Positions 1 through 9,053 of a stretch of 64,000 nt of DNA are shown here, piece after piece. Origin of the DNA: an uncultured Verrucomicrobiae bacterium. GTDB lineage: Bacteria > Verrucomicrobiota > Verrucomicrobiia > Limisphaerales > Palsa-1400. The translations under genes were made by a program, and so were the position numbers. The notes under the pieces were generated by a model. It worked only from the letters and a program-made list of their open reading frames with translations, was not told where the DNA came from and ran no database searches. Location of the stretch: contig OY969763.1 of NCBI GenBank assembly GCA_963702845.1, forward strand, positions 5,856,001 through 5,920,000, in the 5' to 3' direction. Each line of letters starts with the position of its first letter. The first letter of the stretch is position 1.

Positions 1-1
1 G

Positions 2-1483
2 TTTCAATGGCTGCGCAATGGTTTGAACATCGCACAGGCGACGAATACCAGCTTCACGATTTCAAGCGTGCAAACGACCGATGCGGCCAGCTATCGCGTG
101 GTGGTCAGCAACCTTTTCGGAACATTCACCTCGTCGAATGCGGTATTGTCGGTGTTTACGCCGAACGTGCGTTTGGAAAATGCCGCGCTGACGGTTGGGC
201 CGGTGACGGTTCCGTTGAGGATGGTTGCGGGTGGCAGCGAGAATTCGGTCAGTGTGAGTGTGAACTGGCCCTCGAATAATTTGGTCTATGCGTCGACAAC
301 ATTGGGCTCCAACGCGGCGGGAGCGTTGATGACCGTGAATACGAATCAAATTCCGTCAGGTCGGCTTGGCGTGGCGGTGTTCTTCACGGATTCGAGTAAT
401 TTTGGAATCGGTACGCAAGAACTGGCGCGCATTACATTCCGCGCAGGCATTGTCACCAATGCGTTGACGAATGCGTTGACGTTTGGCGATGTGCCGGTGA
501 TCCGTCAGGTGGTCGACACGAATTTCAATACATTGGTAATACGGTATTCAAACTCGGTGGTGACAATGCCGGTGACGGATTATGAAGGGGACGTGTCGCC
601 GCGGACCAATGGCAATCACACCATGGGTATCGCCGACTGGACGCAAGCCGGCCGGTTTGTGGCGGGGTTGGATGTGGTGAGCAATACGCTGGAATTTTTG
701 CGGGCCGATTGCGCGCCGCGCACCAATGGTGGCGATGGACGGCTGTCGATCGCAGACTGGGTACAGGCGGGACGATATGCGTTTGGGTTTGATGGGATCG
801 CGGCAATCGGTGGGCCGACCAATTTCACGGTGGCGCAAACGCCGAAGTTGCCGACGCGGCCGGTGTCGTTGGTGCTTGTGTCGCAGAACGGATTGACGAA
901 CGTGGTTGCGGTTCATTTGAACGCGCAGGGGGATGAGAATGCACTTGGGTTCAGCTTGAGTTTTGATCCGACGCAATTGGGTTATGTCAGCACGACTCTG
1001 GGGAGCGGCGCGAGCGGCTCGGTGATAAACGTGAACAGCAGCCAGGCGGCGAGTGGACATGTCGGCGTGGCGCTGGCGTTGACGACGGGCAATAATTTTG
1101 CGGCGGGCGATATTGAAGTTGCCCGAGTGACGTTTGTGTCGAGCGGATTCGGGTCGTACACGGCCGGGGTCGGTTTCGGAGATCAGCCGATTTTGCGCGA
1201 GATTGCAGACGCGAATGCGACAACGGAAAGCGCGAGTTATGGTGGTGGCAACTTCACCGCCACGGGTCAACCGCTGCCGCAACTGACGGCGATGTTGAAT
1301 AACAACACGAATATTGTCTTGTCGTGGCTTGCGCCGTCGAGCGGGTTCAATTTGGAATCTGTGACGCCGATTGGGACGAACTGGACACCGGTTGTTTACA
1401 CGCCGGCGACGAACGGAGGGAACATCGTTGTGACGCAGGCGATTTCGGTGGATCAGGTGTTTTATCGGTTACGGCATCCGTAG
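2..1483 (+). CDS. Secreted surface protein, 5'-truncated by the window: Ig-like domain, cohesin, dockerin-like duplicated repeat, cohesin, C-terminal 'W...FYRL' domain
   Basis: Frame is open from base 2 (FQWLRNGLNIAQATN...DAASYRVVVSN = Ig I-set-like). Two cohesin-like domains (ENALGFSLSFDPTQLGY...GHVGVAL) flank two DxxPRTNG..DG...IADWxQAGR repeats. Confidence 0.8.
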   Translation, partial: FQWLRNGLNIAQATNTSFTISSVQTTDAASYRVVVSNLFGTFTSSNAVLSVFTPNVRLENAALTVGPVTVPLRMVAGGSENSVSVSVNWPSNNLVYASTTLGSNAAGALMTVNTNQIPSGRLGVAVFFTDSSNFGIGTQELARITFRAGIVTNALTNALTFGDVPVIRQVVDTNFNTLVIRYSNSVVTMPVTDYEGDVSPRTNGNHTMGIADWTQAGRFVAGLDVVSNTLEFLRADCAPRTNGGDGRLSIADWVQAGRYAFGFDGIAAIGGPTNFTVAQTPKLPTRPVSLVLVSQNGLTNVVAVHLNAQGDENALGFSLSFDPTQLGYVSTTLGSGASGSVINVNSSQAASGHVGVALALTTGNNFAAGDIEVARVTFVSSGFGSYTAGVGFGDQPILREIADANATTESASYGGGNFTATGQPLPQLTAMLNNNTNIVLSWLAPSSGFNLESVTPIGTNWTPVVYTPATNGGNIVVTQAISVDQVFYRLRHP

Positions 1484-1502
1484 GCGGCCAGCAAAGATCA
1501 CT

Positions 1503-1530
1503 ACAGAAGGAAACGAAGGTAACAAAGGAT
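1503..1530. repeat. Short 9-bp-period repeat (CAGAAGGAA ACGAAGGTA ACAAAGGAT) between convergent genes
   Basis: Three degenerate tandem 9-mers read directly. Confidence 0.4.
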
Positions 1531-1550
1531 GACGCGGTGACGCCGGCCGG

Positions 1551-2294
1551 TTATGGGAAGATCAGCCGGAATGAATTGCTTTTGTTGATGTAACCGGCGG
1601 GAATGTTGCCGGCGTCGAGAGCGTTGCATTGGTAGTCGGTCATGAAACGAGCGCTGCTGCATAGTTGGACGCTGCCGTCGCCCATCAGAATGTTCCCTGC
1701 TCCGACCGAGTTGTCTGCCGAGTGCATTTTCAGGGACCAGCAAACGGGTGAGTTGGTTTGGAGGATTACGTCGTTGCCGCTGCCGTCGTCCGGCGAAAAG
1801 CCGTAGTCATGTTGTGGCTTCGAACCGGGAGTGAGGTTTCGATCACCACCTAGAATTGATAGCGGAAAATTATCGTTCGCATCTGGGTTCATGAAATACG
1901 AGATGTTTTTGTTGCCGAAGTCGTTGAAATCCTTCGCGCGAAAGCGGTCGTCTGCCGGACAGTTTAGTATCTTCGTTGTTTGGCCTAATTCGTTTTGCAT
2001 GATGGAGTAGTTGCTCCAGCAGTAGGGCCCCGCATTGGTCATGTTCGCGAAATCAGCCCATCCAGCATTTGTGGCCGTTCTTAACGTTTGAGCGGGATAT
2101 TTGTCGCCGTTGTCGCCTGCCCAAATTCGATAGGCGATCCCTATTTGTTTTTGATTGTTGACGCATTGAATACGTTGCGCCTTTGGCTTCGCACTGGTGA
2201 AACTGCACGGAATCATTGCTGCCAAGATGAACAGAATGCAAATGACGACGAGGAGTTCGATTAGAGTGAATCCTTGTTTAGTTTTTGATTTCAT
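1551..2294 (-). CDS. Type IV prepilin-like protein with N-terminal methylation site and C-terminal H-Xn-DG motif
   Basis: KQG|FTLIELLVV cleavage motif; AKPKAQRIQCVNNQKQIG; KMH...GNILMGDGSV. Confidence 0.88.
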   Translation of the reverse strand: MKSKTKQGFTLIELLVVICILFILAAMIPCSFTSAKPKAQRIQCVNNQKQIGIAYRIWAGDNGDKYPAQTLRTATNAGWADFANMTNAGPYCWSNYSIMQNELGQTTKILNCPADDRFRAKDFNDFGNKNISYFMNPDANDNFPLSILGGDRNLTPGSKPQHDYGFSPDDGSGNDVILQTNSPVCWSLKMHSADNSVGAGNILMGDGSVQLCSSARFMTDYQCNALDAGNIPAGYINKSNSFRLIFP

Positions 2295-2617
2295 ATGTCG
2301 TGTCGTGTTCTACGGAACTTGTTTTTGATCAGGAGATACTTCGCAAGCGAAACAAGGCCAGAGAATTTGTAATTTGGATCGACGTAATTTGTGATGACGT
2401 AAAAGGCGAAGTAGTAGAAACGGCAGAAGGACCAGACCGCGATGCTGAAGAGCAGAGTGAATCGCAGATTGGCATGATCTGCAATCAGCATCGCGGTTGA
2501 AAATGTCGCGAGGAACAGAAACAGGATTCCTTTGGCTTTGATCCAGTTGGGGTGGGTGAGGTTTTTCATTTTGTAGGTTCTGTTTGTTGGATCCATGGGC
2601 CTCCTCTCGTCGTTCAT
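2291..2617 (-). CDS. Small hypothetical membrane protein (start may be the internal MKNLTHP at 2568)
   Basis: Two hydrophobic segments; WSFCRFYYFAFYVI..YVDP motif; ATGA overlaps with both neighbours. Confidence 0.7.
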   Translation of the reverse strand: MNDERRPMDPTNRTYKMKNLTHPNWIKAKGILFLFLATFSTAMLIADHANLRFTLLFSIAVWSFCRFYYFAFYVITNYVDPNYKFSGLVSLAKYLLIKNKFRRTRHDI

Positions 2618-2709
2618 AACAATAATGACGGCAGGATGAGTGCGGTGAGGATGGTGATGATTCCAATCACGATAAGAGTTTCAACCAACGTGAAGGCGTT
2701 TTGTTTCAT
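2614..2709 (-). CDS. 31-aa prepilin-leader-only micro-ORF (MKQNAFTLVETLIVIGIITILTALILPSLLL*)
   Basis: Translated by hand; A|FTLVE type IV pilin motif; AGAGG RBS upstream; its TGA overlaps the ATG at 2617. Confidence 0.7.
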   Translation of the reverse strand: MKQNAFTLVETLIVIGIITILTALILPSLLL

Positions 2710-3216
2710 GCGAACCTCTCTGTCAATCAGTCAGCATAACGGTTGCCGTGTGGTCGCACGCAGGGAGCAATTGGCGAGGGCGTAGAATTGTGGCCGGTTT
2801 TCACGCATGGCTGCGCGGAGAGCGCGCAAATTGAGATCAATTTCAATCCGACGTGATTTCGAACAGGCAATTGGTCAGGTGAAATTTGAGTCTTTTTCAA
2901 CGATCCTACAAAAAATGTAAAAGAGGGGAGTTCGATCGTTCGCGGAATAGGATTAGGGATCGTAGACGAGCGGTCAGGTGTGAACAACTTGTGAATAAGT
3001 AAAAACGATTTTCGTTGTTTGCGTGCGGGGCAGGTTGGATAGTTGACATACTGGAAGAATACGCAGGTGTGTCGGCGCGTGGCTTTTCTTCCAAGGGTTC
3101 CGCTAAACATTGGGTCCACAGTGAAAGCAATTGACGGTCAATCGCAGCATGCGCAAGCGGTGCCGAATGCGCATGGAAATGGTTCTTCTCATAAGTTCGA
3201 CTCCTCACCTGTACCG

Positions 3217-5169
3217 ATGAAGTTACGGTTGGCCGCCCTCGTTTTTCTCGCGGCGATCGTTTTTTTGGGGTTGAGCGCGATCGTGCTCTATCAGTTGACG
3301 TCGATGCGGATAGCGGCACAAAACGGGGTTTCGCACCAACTGCAGGTGGTTATGGAGTTGGATGGTTTTTTGTCGTCTGTAAACGAAGCGGAGAGCGCCG
3401 AGCGAGGCTATCTACTCACAGAGCACACGTCGTATTTGGACATTTACGCAAGCCAGAGCGCGGAAGTGCGGACGAAGCTGACACGGCTGAATAGCCTTGT
3501 TAACACGACAGACCTGCCTCGGGACATGATACATAAGCTGTCGGAACTGACGGAGCGGCGATTATCGGAGATGAATGGTACGATTTCGATGAGGAGCAAG
3601 ATCGGATTGCAAAGCGCGTTAGATGCCATCCACGCCAATGAAGAACGAGCTCTGATGCTGCTGATTGAAGCTCAAACGGCCGATATCCGCTCGGTCGAAG
3701 AACGGGAACTCAAGGCCGCGAGCGACTGGGCTGAGTGGGTCGGTAATGCCCGCACGCAGACGCTTGTCGCCGGTTGTGTGCTGAACCTTATTTTTTTGTG
3801 GTGGGGTTATCGGAAAATCTGCAGTGAAACCCACAAGCAACATCGTGCGATGATGGATATGGCGTCTCTGCAAAGAGTAGGCGTTCAATGCGCTCGTGCG
3901 GGCGATGATTTTCAGGAATGCGTGGAACAGATTCTAGCAGCGGCCGTCGCTTTGACGGATGCTGACAGGGGAACGGTGCAGTTGCTCGGGCAGTCAGGAG
4001 CAATCCGACTCGCTGCACATCGCGGCTTCGATGCGCAGAGTCTAAATGGTCTCGCCTGCATTGATGCGAATAGTGGTTGCGCCTTTGCGCACGCAGTGCG
4101 AATTGGCGAAAGGGTATCGGTAAGGGACCTCAGGCAATGCGAAGATATTCATCGGTTCCACTCCATCAGGAACGCGGGCGTGCGCGCGATGCAATGCACG
4201 CCGTTGGTCAGCAGTTCGGGCAAGGTTCTTGGGCTTGTATCAACCCATTACGTGAAGGCGTATTCGTGCAGCGAAAGCCAATTGCGGTTGATGGATTTGC
4301 TCGCGCGGCAGGCGGCGGATTATATCGAGCGTAAACGAGTGGAAGCACAGTTGCAAAACGCGCACGAACAACTGGCGGATCGTGCGGTTCACCTGGAAGA
4401 ATTGGTCAACGAACGAACGGCGCGACTGAAGGAGATGCTCGGGGACCTAGAAGCTCTTTCCTACAGCATCGTGCATGACATGCGGGCTCCGTTGCGGGCG
4501 ATGCAAGGTTTTGCGGAATTGCTGGCGGGGGAATGCGCGCCAATTGGGCCCGCGGCTGAAAATTATGTAGAGCGGATCAAAATTGCAGCCACCCGGATGG
4601 ATCACCTGATTCGGGACGGACTCAACTACAATCGCATGATGCGGGCTGAATTGCCGCTTACGACAATTGATCTCGGCCGATTTTTGCGTGGGATCGTCGA
4701 AACTTATCCGGAATTTCAAACGCGCGATGTTGAAATCGAACTCAGCGGCAACTTTCCCTCGGTCCACGCAAATGAAGCGGCATTGACGCAGTGCATCTCG
4801 AGCTTGATTTCAAACGGTATCAAGTTCGTTGCTCCTGGGGTAATTGCGGTGGTGCGGGTTTGGTCTGAAACGCGCGATTCACGGGTTCGCTTGTATTTCA
4901 AAGACAATGGCATCGGGATACGGAAGGAGGCGCACGCGAAAATTTTTGAAATTTTCCAGCGATTGGATCAGAAACACGAAGGTACCGGCATTGGCCTGGC
5001 GATCGTCAAGAAAGCGGTCGAACGGATGAACGGTACAGTTGGGCTTGAATCAGAGCCAGAGAAAGGGAGCACCTTCTGGGTTGAATTCGACGCTGCTGAA
5101 GCCGTCAAACAACCACGTGCAGTAAGTGCATCGGGGTATCGCTCCTACAACTTTTATGAGCCGGCTTAA
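3217..5169 (+). CDS. Sensor histidine kinase (CHASE3-GAF-HisKA-HATPase)
   Basis: AESAERGYLLT (CHASE3); GAF region; SYSIVHDMRAPLR H-box; DNGIG and GTGIGLAIV G-boxes. Start chosen at MKLRL before the TM helix. Confidence 0.9.
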   Translation: MKLRLAALVFLAAIVFLGLSAIVLYQLTSMRIAAQNGVSHQLQVVMELDGFLSSVNEAESAERGYLLTEHTSYLDIYASQSAEVRTKLTRLNSLVNTTDLPRDMIHKLSELTERRLSEMNGTISMRSKIGLQSALDAIHANEERALMLLIEAQTADIRSVEERELKAASDWAEWVGNARTQTLVAGCVLNLIFLWWGYRKICSETHKQHRAMMDMASLQRVGVQCARAGDDFQECVEQILAAAVALTDADRGTVQLLGQSGAIRLAAHRGFDAQSLNGLACIDANSGCAFAHAVRIGERVSVRDLRQCEDIHRFHSIRNAGVRAMQCTPLVSSSGKVLGLVSTHYVKAYSCSESQLRLMDLLARQAADYIERKRVEAQLQNAHEQLADRAVHLEELVNERTARLKEMLGDLEALSYSIVHDMRAPLRAMQGFAELLAGECAPIGPAAENYVERIKIAATRMDHLIRDGLNYNRMMRAELPLTTIDLGRFLRGIVETYPEFQTRDVEIELSGNFPSVHANEAALTQCISSLISNGIKFVAPGVIAVVRVWSETRDSRVRLYFKDNGIGIRKEAHAKIFEIFQRLDQKHEGTGIGLAIVKKAVERMNGTVGLESEPEKGSTFWVEFDAAEAVKQPRAVSASGYRSYNFYEPA

Positions 5170-5662
5170 CCCATATATTCTCTACGCTGAAGATGAAGAC
5201 ACGGACGCAATTCTTTTTGAACGCGCGTTTCGCAATGCAGGGATCGCTCATCGGCTGGTTCGTGTAACTGACGGTCAGGCGGCAATCGACCATCTGACTC
5301 GCGCGACGGCGCAGACCGAGATCGTGCCGCACGCGTTACCCAGCGCGACGTTGCTGGACATCCATATGCCGGACGTTTCGGGAATAGAGGTGTTGCAATG
5401 GATCCGCAACACCGCCGCCGTTCGGTCGCTTGTGACGATCATGCTGAGTTCATCAGAACATCCGCTCGACTTTCGGCGTGCTTATGCGCTCGGGGCCAAT
5501 GGATATCTGGTGAAGCCCGCAAGCTTGGAAGAATGTCTTGTGATGGCGCGGACGTTGAAGGACTGGCTGGCACAGTACGCGGTGGGGACACATTTGGCAC
5601 CCACATTTCCTGCGGCCCACAGCGCGGCGGGATTGGCATCCGACCAGCGGACTACTTTGTAA
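5156..5662 (+). CDS. Single-domain response regulator (Rcp1-like)
   Basis: ILYAEDE, LLDIHMP, AYALGANGYLVKP; overlaps the kinase stop. Confidence 0.88.
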   Translation: MSRLNPYILYAEDEDTDAILFERAFRNAGIAHRLVRVTDGQAAIDHLTRATAQTEIVPHALPSATLLDIHMPDVSGIEVLQWIRNTAAVRSLVTIMLSSSEHPLDFRRAYALGANGYLVKPASLEECLVMARTLKDWLAQYAVGTHLAPTFPAAHSAAGLASDQRTTL

Positions 5663-5693
5663 TGCCGGGGCTCGTGCGGTTGGGCGGAAGACT

Positions 5694-6725
5694 TCAGTGG
5701 TTTGAAAGTACCCATGTTACACCCGCCTGAAGGCGGTCGAGGGTGTGGTCGCTATGGTGGCCGGGAGGTTCGCGGAAGGTGGAGCGAACGGGGCGGTCTT
5801 TGATGGCTTCGTAGATCGCGCGGGCACCGATGTTCGCTCTGTATTCATCCTGGGCGGCGCCTTCGAGGAACACGGATTGGCTCGGAAGGAAGGCGTTTTT
5901 GTTGCGTTGAACAATGACGAGCGGATCGGCGTCGAGACAGCGCTGCCAGACTTCCGGGCGGAATTTGTGATGGGCGTCGTATAGCCATTGGAATTGGCCA
6001 GGGTGATCGGAACCCACGGGCGCGTAAGCGGCGCACAGGGCGAGAGCGTAAACGAAGTCACCGCCTTTGGGCAGCGGCTTGAAATTGCCAGCGATCATAA
6101 GTTCGCGAACTTCGGCCAAAGGCGCGTTGCTGACGGAGGCGACTTGGACGAGCGGAAGGTGGCTGACCTGGAAATAGGAATCAGGACTCAGCGCGATGAC
6201 GGCGTCGAAGAGGTGCGGCTTATACATGCCGAGCCGTAACGCGCCGAAGCCACCGCTTGAATGACCGGCGACAATGCGGCGAATGCCGTTGGCCGGGATT
6301 GGATAGCAGGCTTCGACATGTTCGACGATTTCATTGCAGATATAGTCGGCGTAGTTGCCTTGGGCGCTGGAATTGACGTATTGACTGCAACCCCAATGGT
6401 TGTGGCCATCGATGACAACGACGCGCATGGGTTGAACTTCTTTGGCCAATTTGTCGGTGAAGGTCTGCCAAACAATTTTGCTTTTGAGGAACTTTTCGGC
6501 GGAGCTCCCGAAACCGGGCAGGTAGTAAATGATCGGCGCAGGCGCGTTGCTGGCGAGTTGGCTTGGAAGACAAATCAATGTCCGGCGCTGAGCCGAATCG
6601 TGGAGTGGGTTGGATGCCAGGTTTGTGCTGGTGAACTCGATGACGTCGGTCGTTGCCTCAGTGCGGCCCTGCGGTGCGACGGTCAAATAGATATAGGCGA
6701 ACAGGGCGACGAGAAGGCGATTCAT
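5694..6725 (-). CDS. Secreted alpha/beta-hydrolase (enterochelin esterase-like)
   Basis: Signal peptide; IYYLPGF; GHSSGG nucleophile elbow; C-terminal His (PGHH). Confidence 0.82.
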   Translation of the reverse strand: MNRLLVALFAYIYLTVAPQGRTEATTDVIEFTSTNLASNPLHDSAQRRTLICLPSQLASNAPAPIIYYLPGFGSSAEKFLKSKIVWQTFTDKLAKEVQPMRVVVIDGHNHWGCSQYVNSSAQGNYADYICNEIVEHVEACYPIPANGIRRIVAGHSSGGFGALRLGMYKPHLFDAVIALSPDSYFQVSHLPLVQVASVSNAPLAEVRELMIAGNFKPLPKGGDFVYALALCAAYAPVGSDHPGQFQWLYDAHHKFRPEVWQRCLDADPLVIVQRNKNAFLPSQSVFLEGAAQDEYRANIGARAIYEAIKDRPVRSTFREPPGHHSDHTLDRLQAGVTWVLSNH

Positions 6726-6887
6726 GACGGCTTTCGTTTAGATGGTTCGGGCGCGAGTGTCAATTTTAGTCAACATGACGATGTTTTGCCCCTAAGACCC
6801 CCTTTGTTGTGCTCCCCGCAAGAAATAGCTAGCAAATACCAAGGCCCGTGTAGTTGCGAAATGGGCATCTGCCTAGGTTTAGCGAGA

Positions 6888-7043
6888 ATGAAAATCAGGC
6901 CGGCGCTCAACCGTAGTCACGTGCTCATGGAACACCGGTTAAAGCACGTGGTCTTTGGCAGCACGGCTGAACACGTTGTTCGACATGCCACCTGTCCCGT
7001 GTTGACGGTTCGAAAACATCAAAATCAATTCATTGGAGATTAA
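6888..7043 (+). CDS. 51-aa mini/internally deleted universal stress protein
   Basis: MKIRPALNRSHVLMEHRLKHVVFGSTAEHVVRHATCPVLTV; the second half is the canonical USP C-terminal GSxAExVVRxAxCPVLxV motif. Confidence 0.65.
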   Translation: MKIRPALNRSHVLMEHRLKHVVFGSTAEHVVRHATCPVLTVRKHQNQFIGD

Positions 7044-7044
7044 T

Positions 7045-7938
7045 ATGAATGGTAAAACCTGCACGGTGGAATGTATCGCAGGGCTCGACAGCCCACTTCC
7101 CGCAACAGCATTTGGTTGTCCGCGCGATTTTCTAGACAATCGCTTCGTTTACACGGTGATTTCGCCGCGCGCGCGCGGCATGTCGATCGGCTTGAACATG
7201 AACCCGGACAAGAAGTGCAACTTCGATTGCATTTATTGCGAGGTAAACCGCCAGGACGTGAACGGAAAGCCGAACGATTTGGATGTGAATGTGATGGCGG
7301 CGGAATTGCAGAAGACGCTGCTGCTCGTGCATTCGGGAGCGCTCCGGGAGCGTTGCGCGTATCGCGCCGTCAGCAATGAATTGTTGACGCTGCGTCACGT
7401 GGCCTTGAGCGGCGACGGTGAGCCGACATTATCTTCAAATTTTTCTGAAGTGGTCGAATCCGTCATTCACGTGCGCGCCAAAAACCCGTTCATGTATTTC
7501 AAGCTTGTCTTGATCACAAACGGCAGTGGCCTGGATTTGCCGAACGTTCAGCAAAGTTTGAAATACTTCACGCGGGATGATGAGGTATGGGTCAAGCTCG
7601 ACGCGGGAACGCAGGAGTACATGGACGAAATCAATCGCAGCGAGGTGTCGCTCGACAAAATTATCTCGAACATCCTGCTCGTGGCGCATCAACGGCCGGT
7701 GACCATCCAGAGTTTGTTTGCGAAATTGAACGACGCAGAACCGCCAGCCGAGGAAATCGATGAATACATCAATCGTTTGCAGGAGCTGAAAAACGGCGGC
7801 GCGAAAATTTCGATGGTGCAGATTTATTCGGCGACGCGACCGATCTCGCACGGGCAGGTCTCACATCTGCCACTGAAGTATCTTTCCAATCTGCGCCAGC
7901 GCATTAAATCGATTGGTTTACGTGCGGAAGTGTTTTAG
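7045..7938 (+). CDS. Radical SAM protein (COG0731-like)
   Basis: CNFDCIYC (CxxxCxxC); SGDGEPT; LITNG; KLDAG. GGAG RBS before ATG 7045. Confidence 0.88.
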   Translation: MNGKTCTVECIAGLDSPLPATAFGCPRDFLDNRFVYTVISPRARGMSIGLNMNPDKKCNFDCIYCEVNRQDVNGKPNDLDVNVMAAELQKTLLLVHSGALRERCAYRAVSNELLTLRHVALSGDGEPTLSSNFSEVVESVIHVRAKNPFMYFKLVLITNGSGLDLPNVQQSLKYFTRDDEVWVKLDAGTQEYMDEINRSEVSLDKIISNILLVAHQRPVTIQSLFAKLNDAEPPAEEIDEYINRLQELKNGGAKISMVQIYSATRPISHGQVSHLPLKYLSNLRQRIKSIGLRAEVF

Positions 7939-8064
7939 GACGCCTTGGGTGCGGCGGAAGGCGCATCTAAGGAATTCCCTTAGAACCAATAATTGTGCTT
8001 CACCCCCCACATTTGGCGAGGCTCCCAATAGCCCGAAATTGCGAACTAGTCTTTAATTGCTTAC

Positions 8065-8994
8065 ATGCAAACAGCAATTGCTCAACCGACACTGGACAAT
8101 GCGGCAAACAAGCGGCAGCAGAACAAGAACCTGATTCACTCCCTTACCGCCTCTAAAATTTACCAGGATTACGAACGCGCCTTCACCGATGCGACCGGTC
8201 TGCCTGTTTCTTTCCGACCGGTGGAATCGTGGCAGTTGCCCAACCACGGCCGCAAGAACGAGAACGGGTTGTGTGCGATCCTGGCTGAAAAAAGTAAGGC
8301 CTGCGCCGCATGTCTCCAAACGCAACAGGAGCTTTCTGAAAACGCTCAATTTGAAGCGTATACCGCCACCTGTCGTGTTGGATTAACTGACACCGCCGTG
8401 CCGGTGCGCCAGGGTGAGCAATTGATCGGCTTCCTCCAGACTGGCCAAATCTTGCGCAAGAAGGCGTCCCAGGCGCAGATCGTGCGCACGTCGAAGCTTG
8501 TGGCGGAATGGGGCTTGGACATCAGCGCCGATCAGTTGCAAAACCTGTATGCGAATACCAAGGTGCTTTCGCCCTGCCAATATGATGCGGTCGTGAAATT
8601 GCTTTCGATTTTTGCCGAGCACATCGCGTTGGTTTGCAATCAGCTTTTGGTGCAACAGCACAATTCCGAACCACCGGCGATCACTCGCGCCAAGGAATTC
8701 ATCATCGAAAACCAGACCGAAGATCTTTCGCTCGGCCAGGTCGCCAAGGCCGTGAATACGAGCACGTTCCATTTCTGCAAGATGTTCAAGAAGGCGACAG
8801 GGCTTAATTTCACCGATTATGTCTCGCGCGTGCGTGTGGAGAAAGCGAAGAACCTGTTGCTCAATCCGAACCTGCGCATTAGCGAAATCGCGTATGAAGT
8901 CGGGTTCCAGTCGTTGACTCACTTCAACCGCGTGTTCAAGAAAATCACTGGTCAATCGCCGAGTCATTATCGCACGCAGCTTGGAGCTCACTAA
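8065..8994 (+). CDS. AraC-family regulator with N-terminal PocR-type sensory domain
   Basis: Cys-rich N-domain (LCAIL...CAAC...TCRVGL, AVPV, FLQTGQ); C-terminal ISEIAYEVGFQSLTHFNRVFKK. Confidence 0.9.
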   Translation: MQTAIAQPTLDNAANKRQQNKNLIHSLTASKIYQDYERAFTDATGLPVSFRPVESWQLPNHGRKNENGLCAILAEKSKACAACLQTQQELSENAQFEAYTATCRVGLTDTAVPVRQGEQLIGFLQTGQILRKKASQAQIVRTSKLVAEWGLDISADQLQNLYANTKVLSPCQYDAVVKLLSIFAEHIALVCNQLLVQQHNSEPPAITRAKEFIIENQTEDLSLGQVAKAVNTSTFHFCKMFKKATGLNFTDYVSRVRVEKAKNLLLNPNLRISEIAYEVGFQSLTHFNRVFKKITGQSPSHYRTQLGAH

Positions 8995-9053
8995 GCGCCA
9001 GGTCGCAGTGGTTGGCCTTTATTTTTTAGCTGCGGCGGGTATATCTTGCTCCG

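Noticed and set aside
2828..2843. Palindrome AAATTGA-GA-TCAATTT as an operator
   Set aside because: Single AT-rich 7-bp inverted repeat with no second copy or assignable regulator.
6261..6887. 5' part of the 260-aa ORF 6261-7043
   Set aside because: Antisense shadow of the esterase; only the last 51 codons are USP-like.
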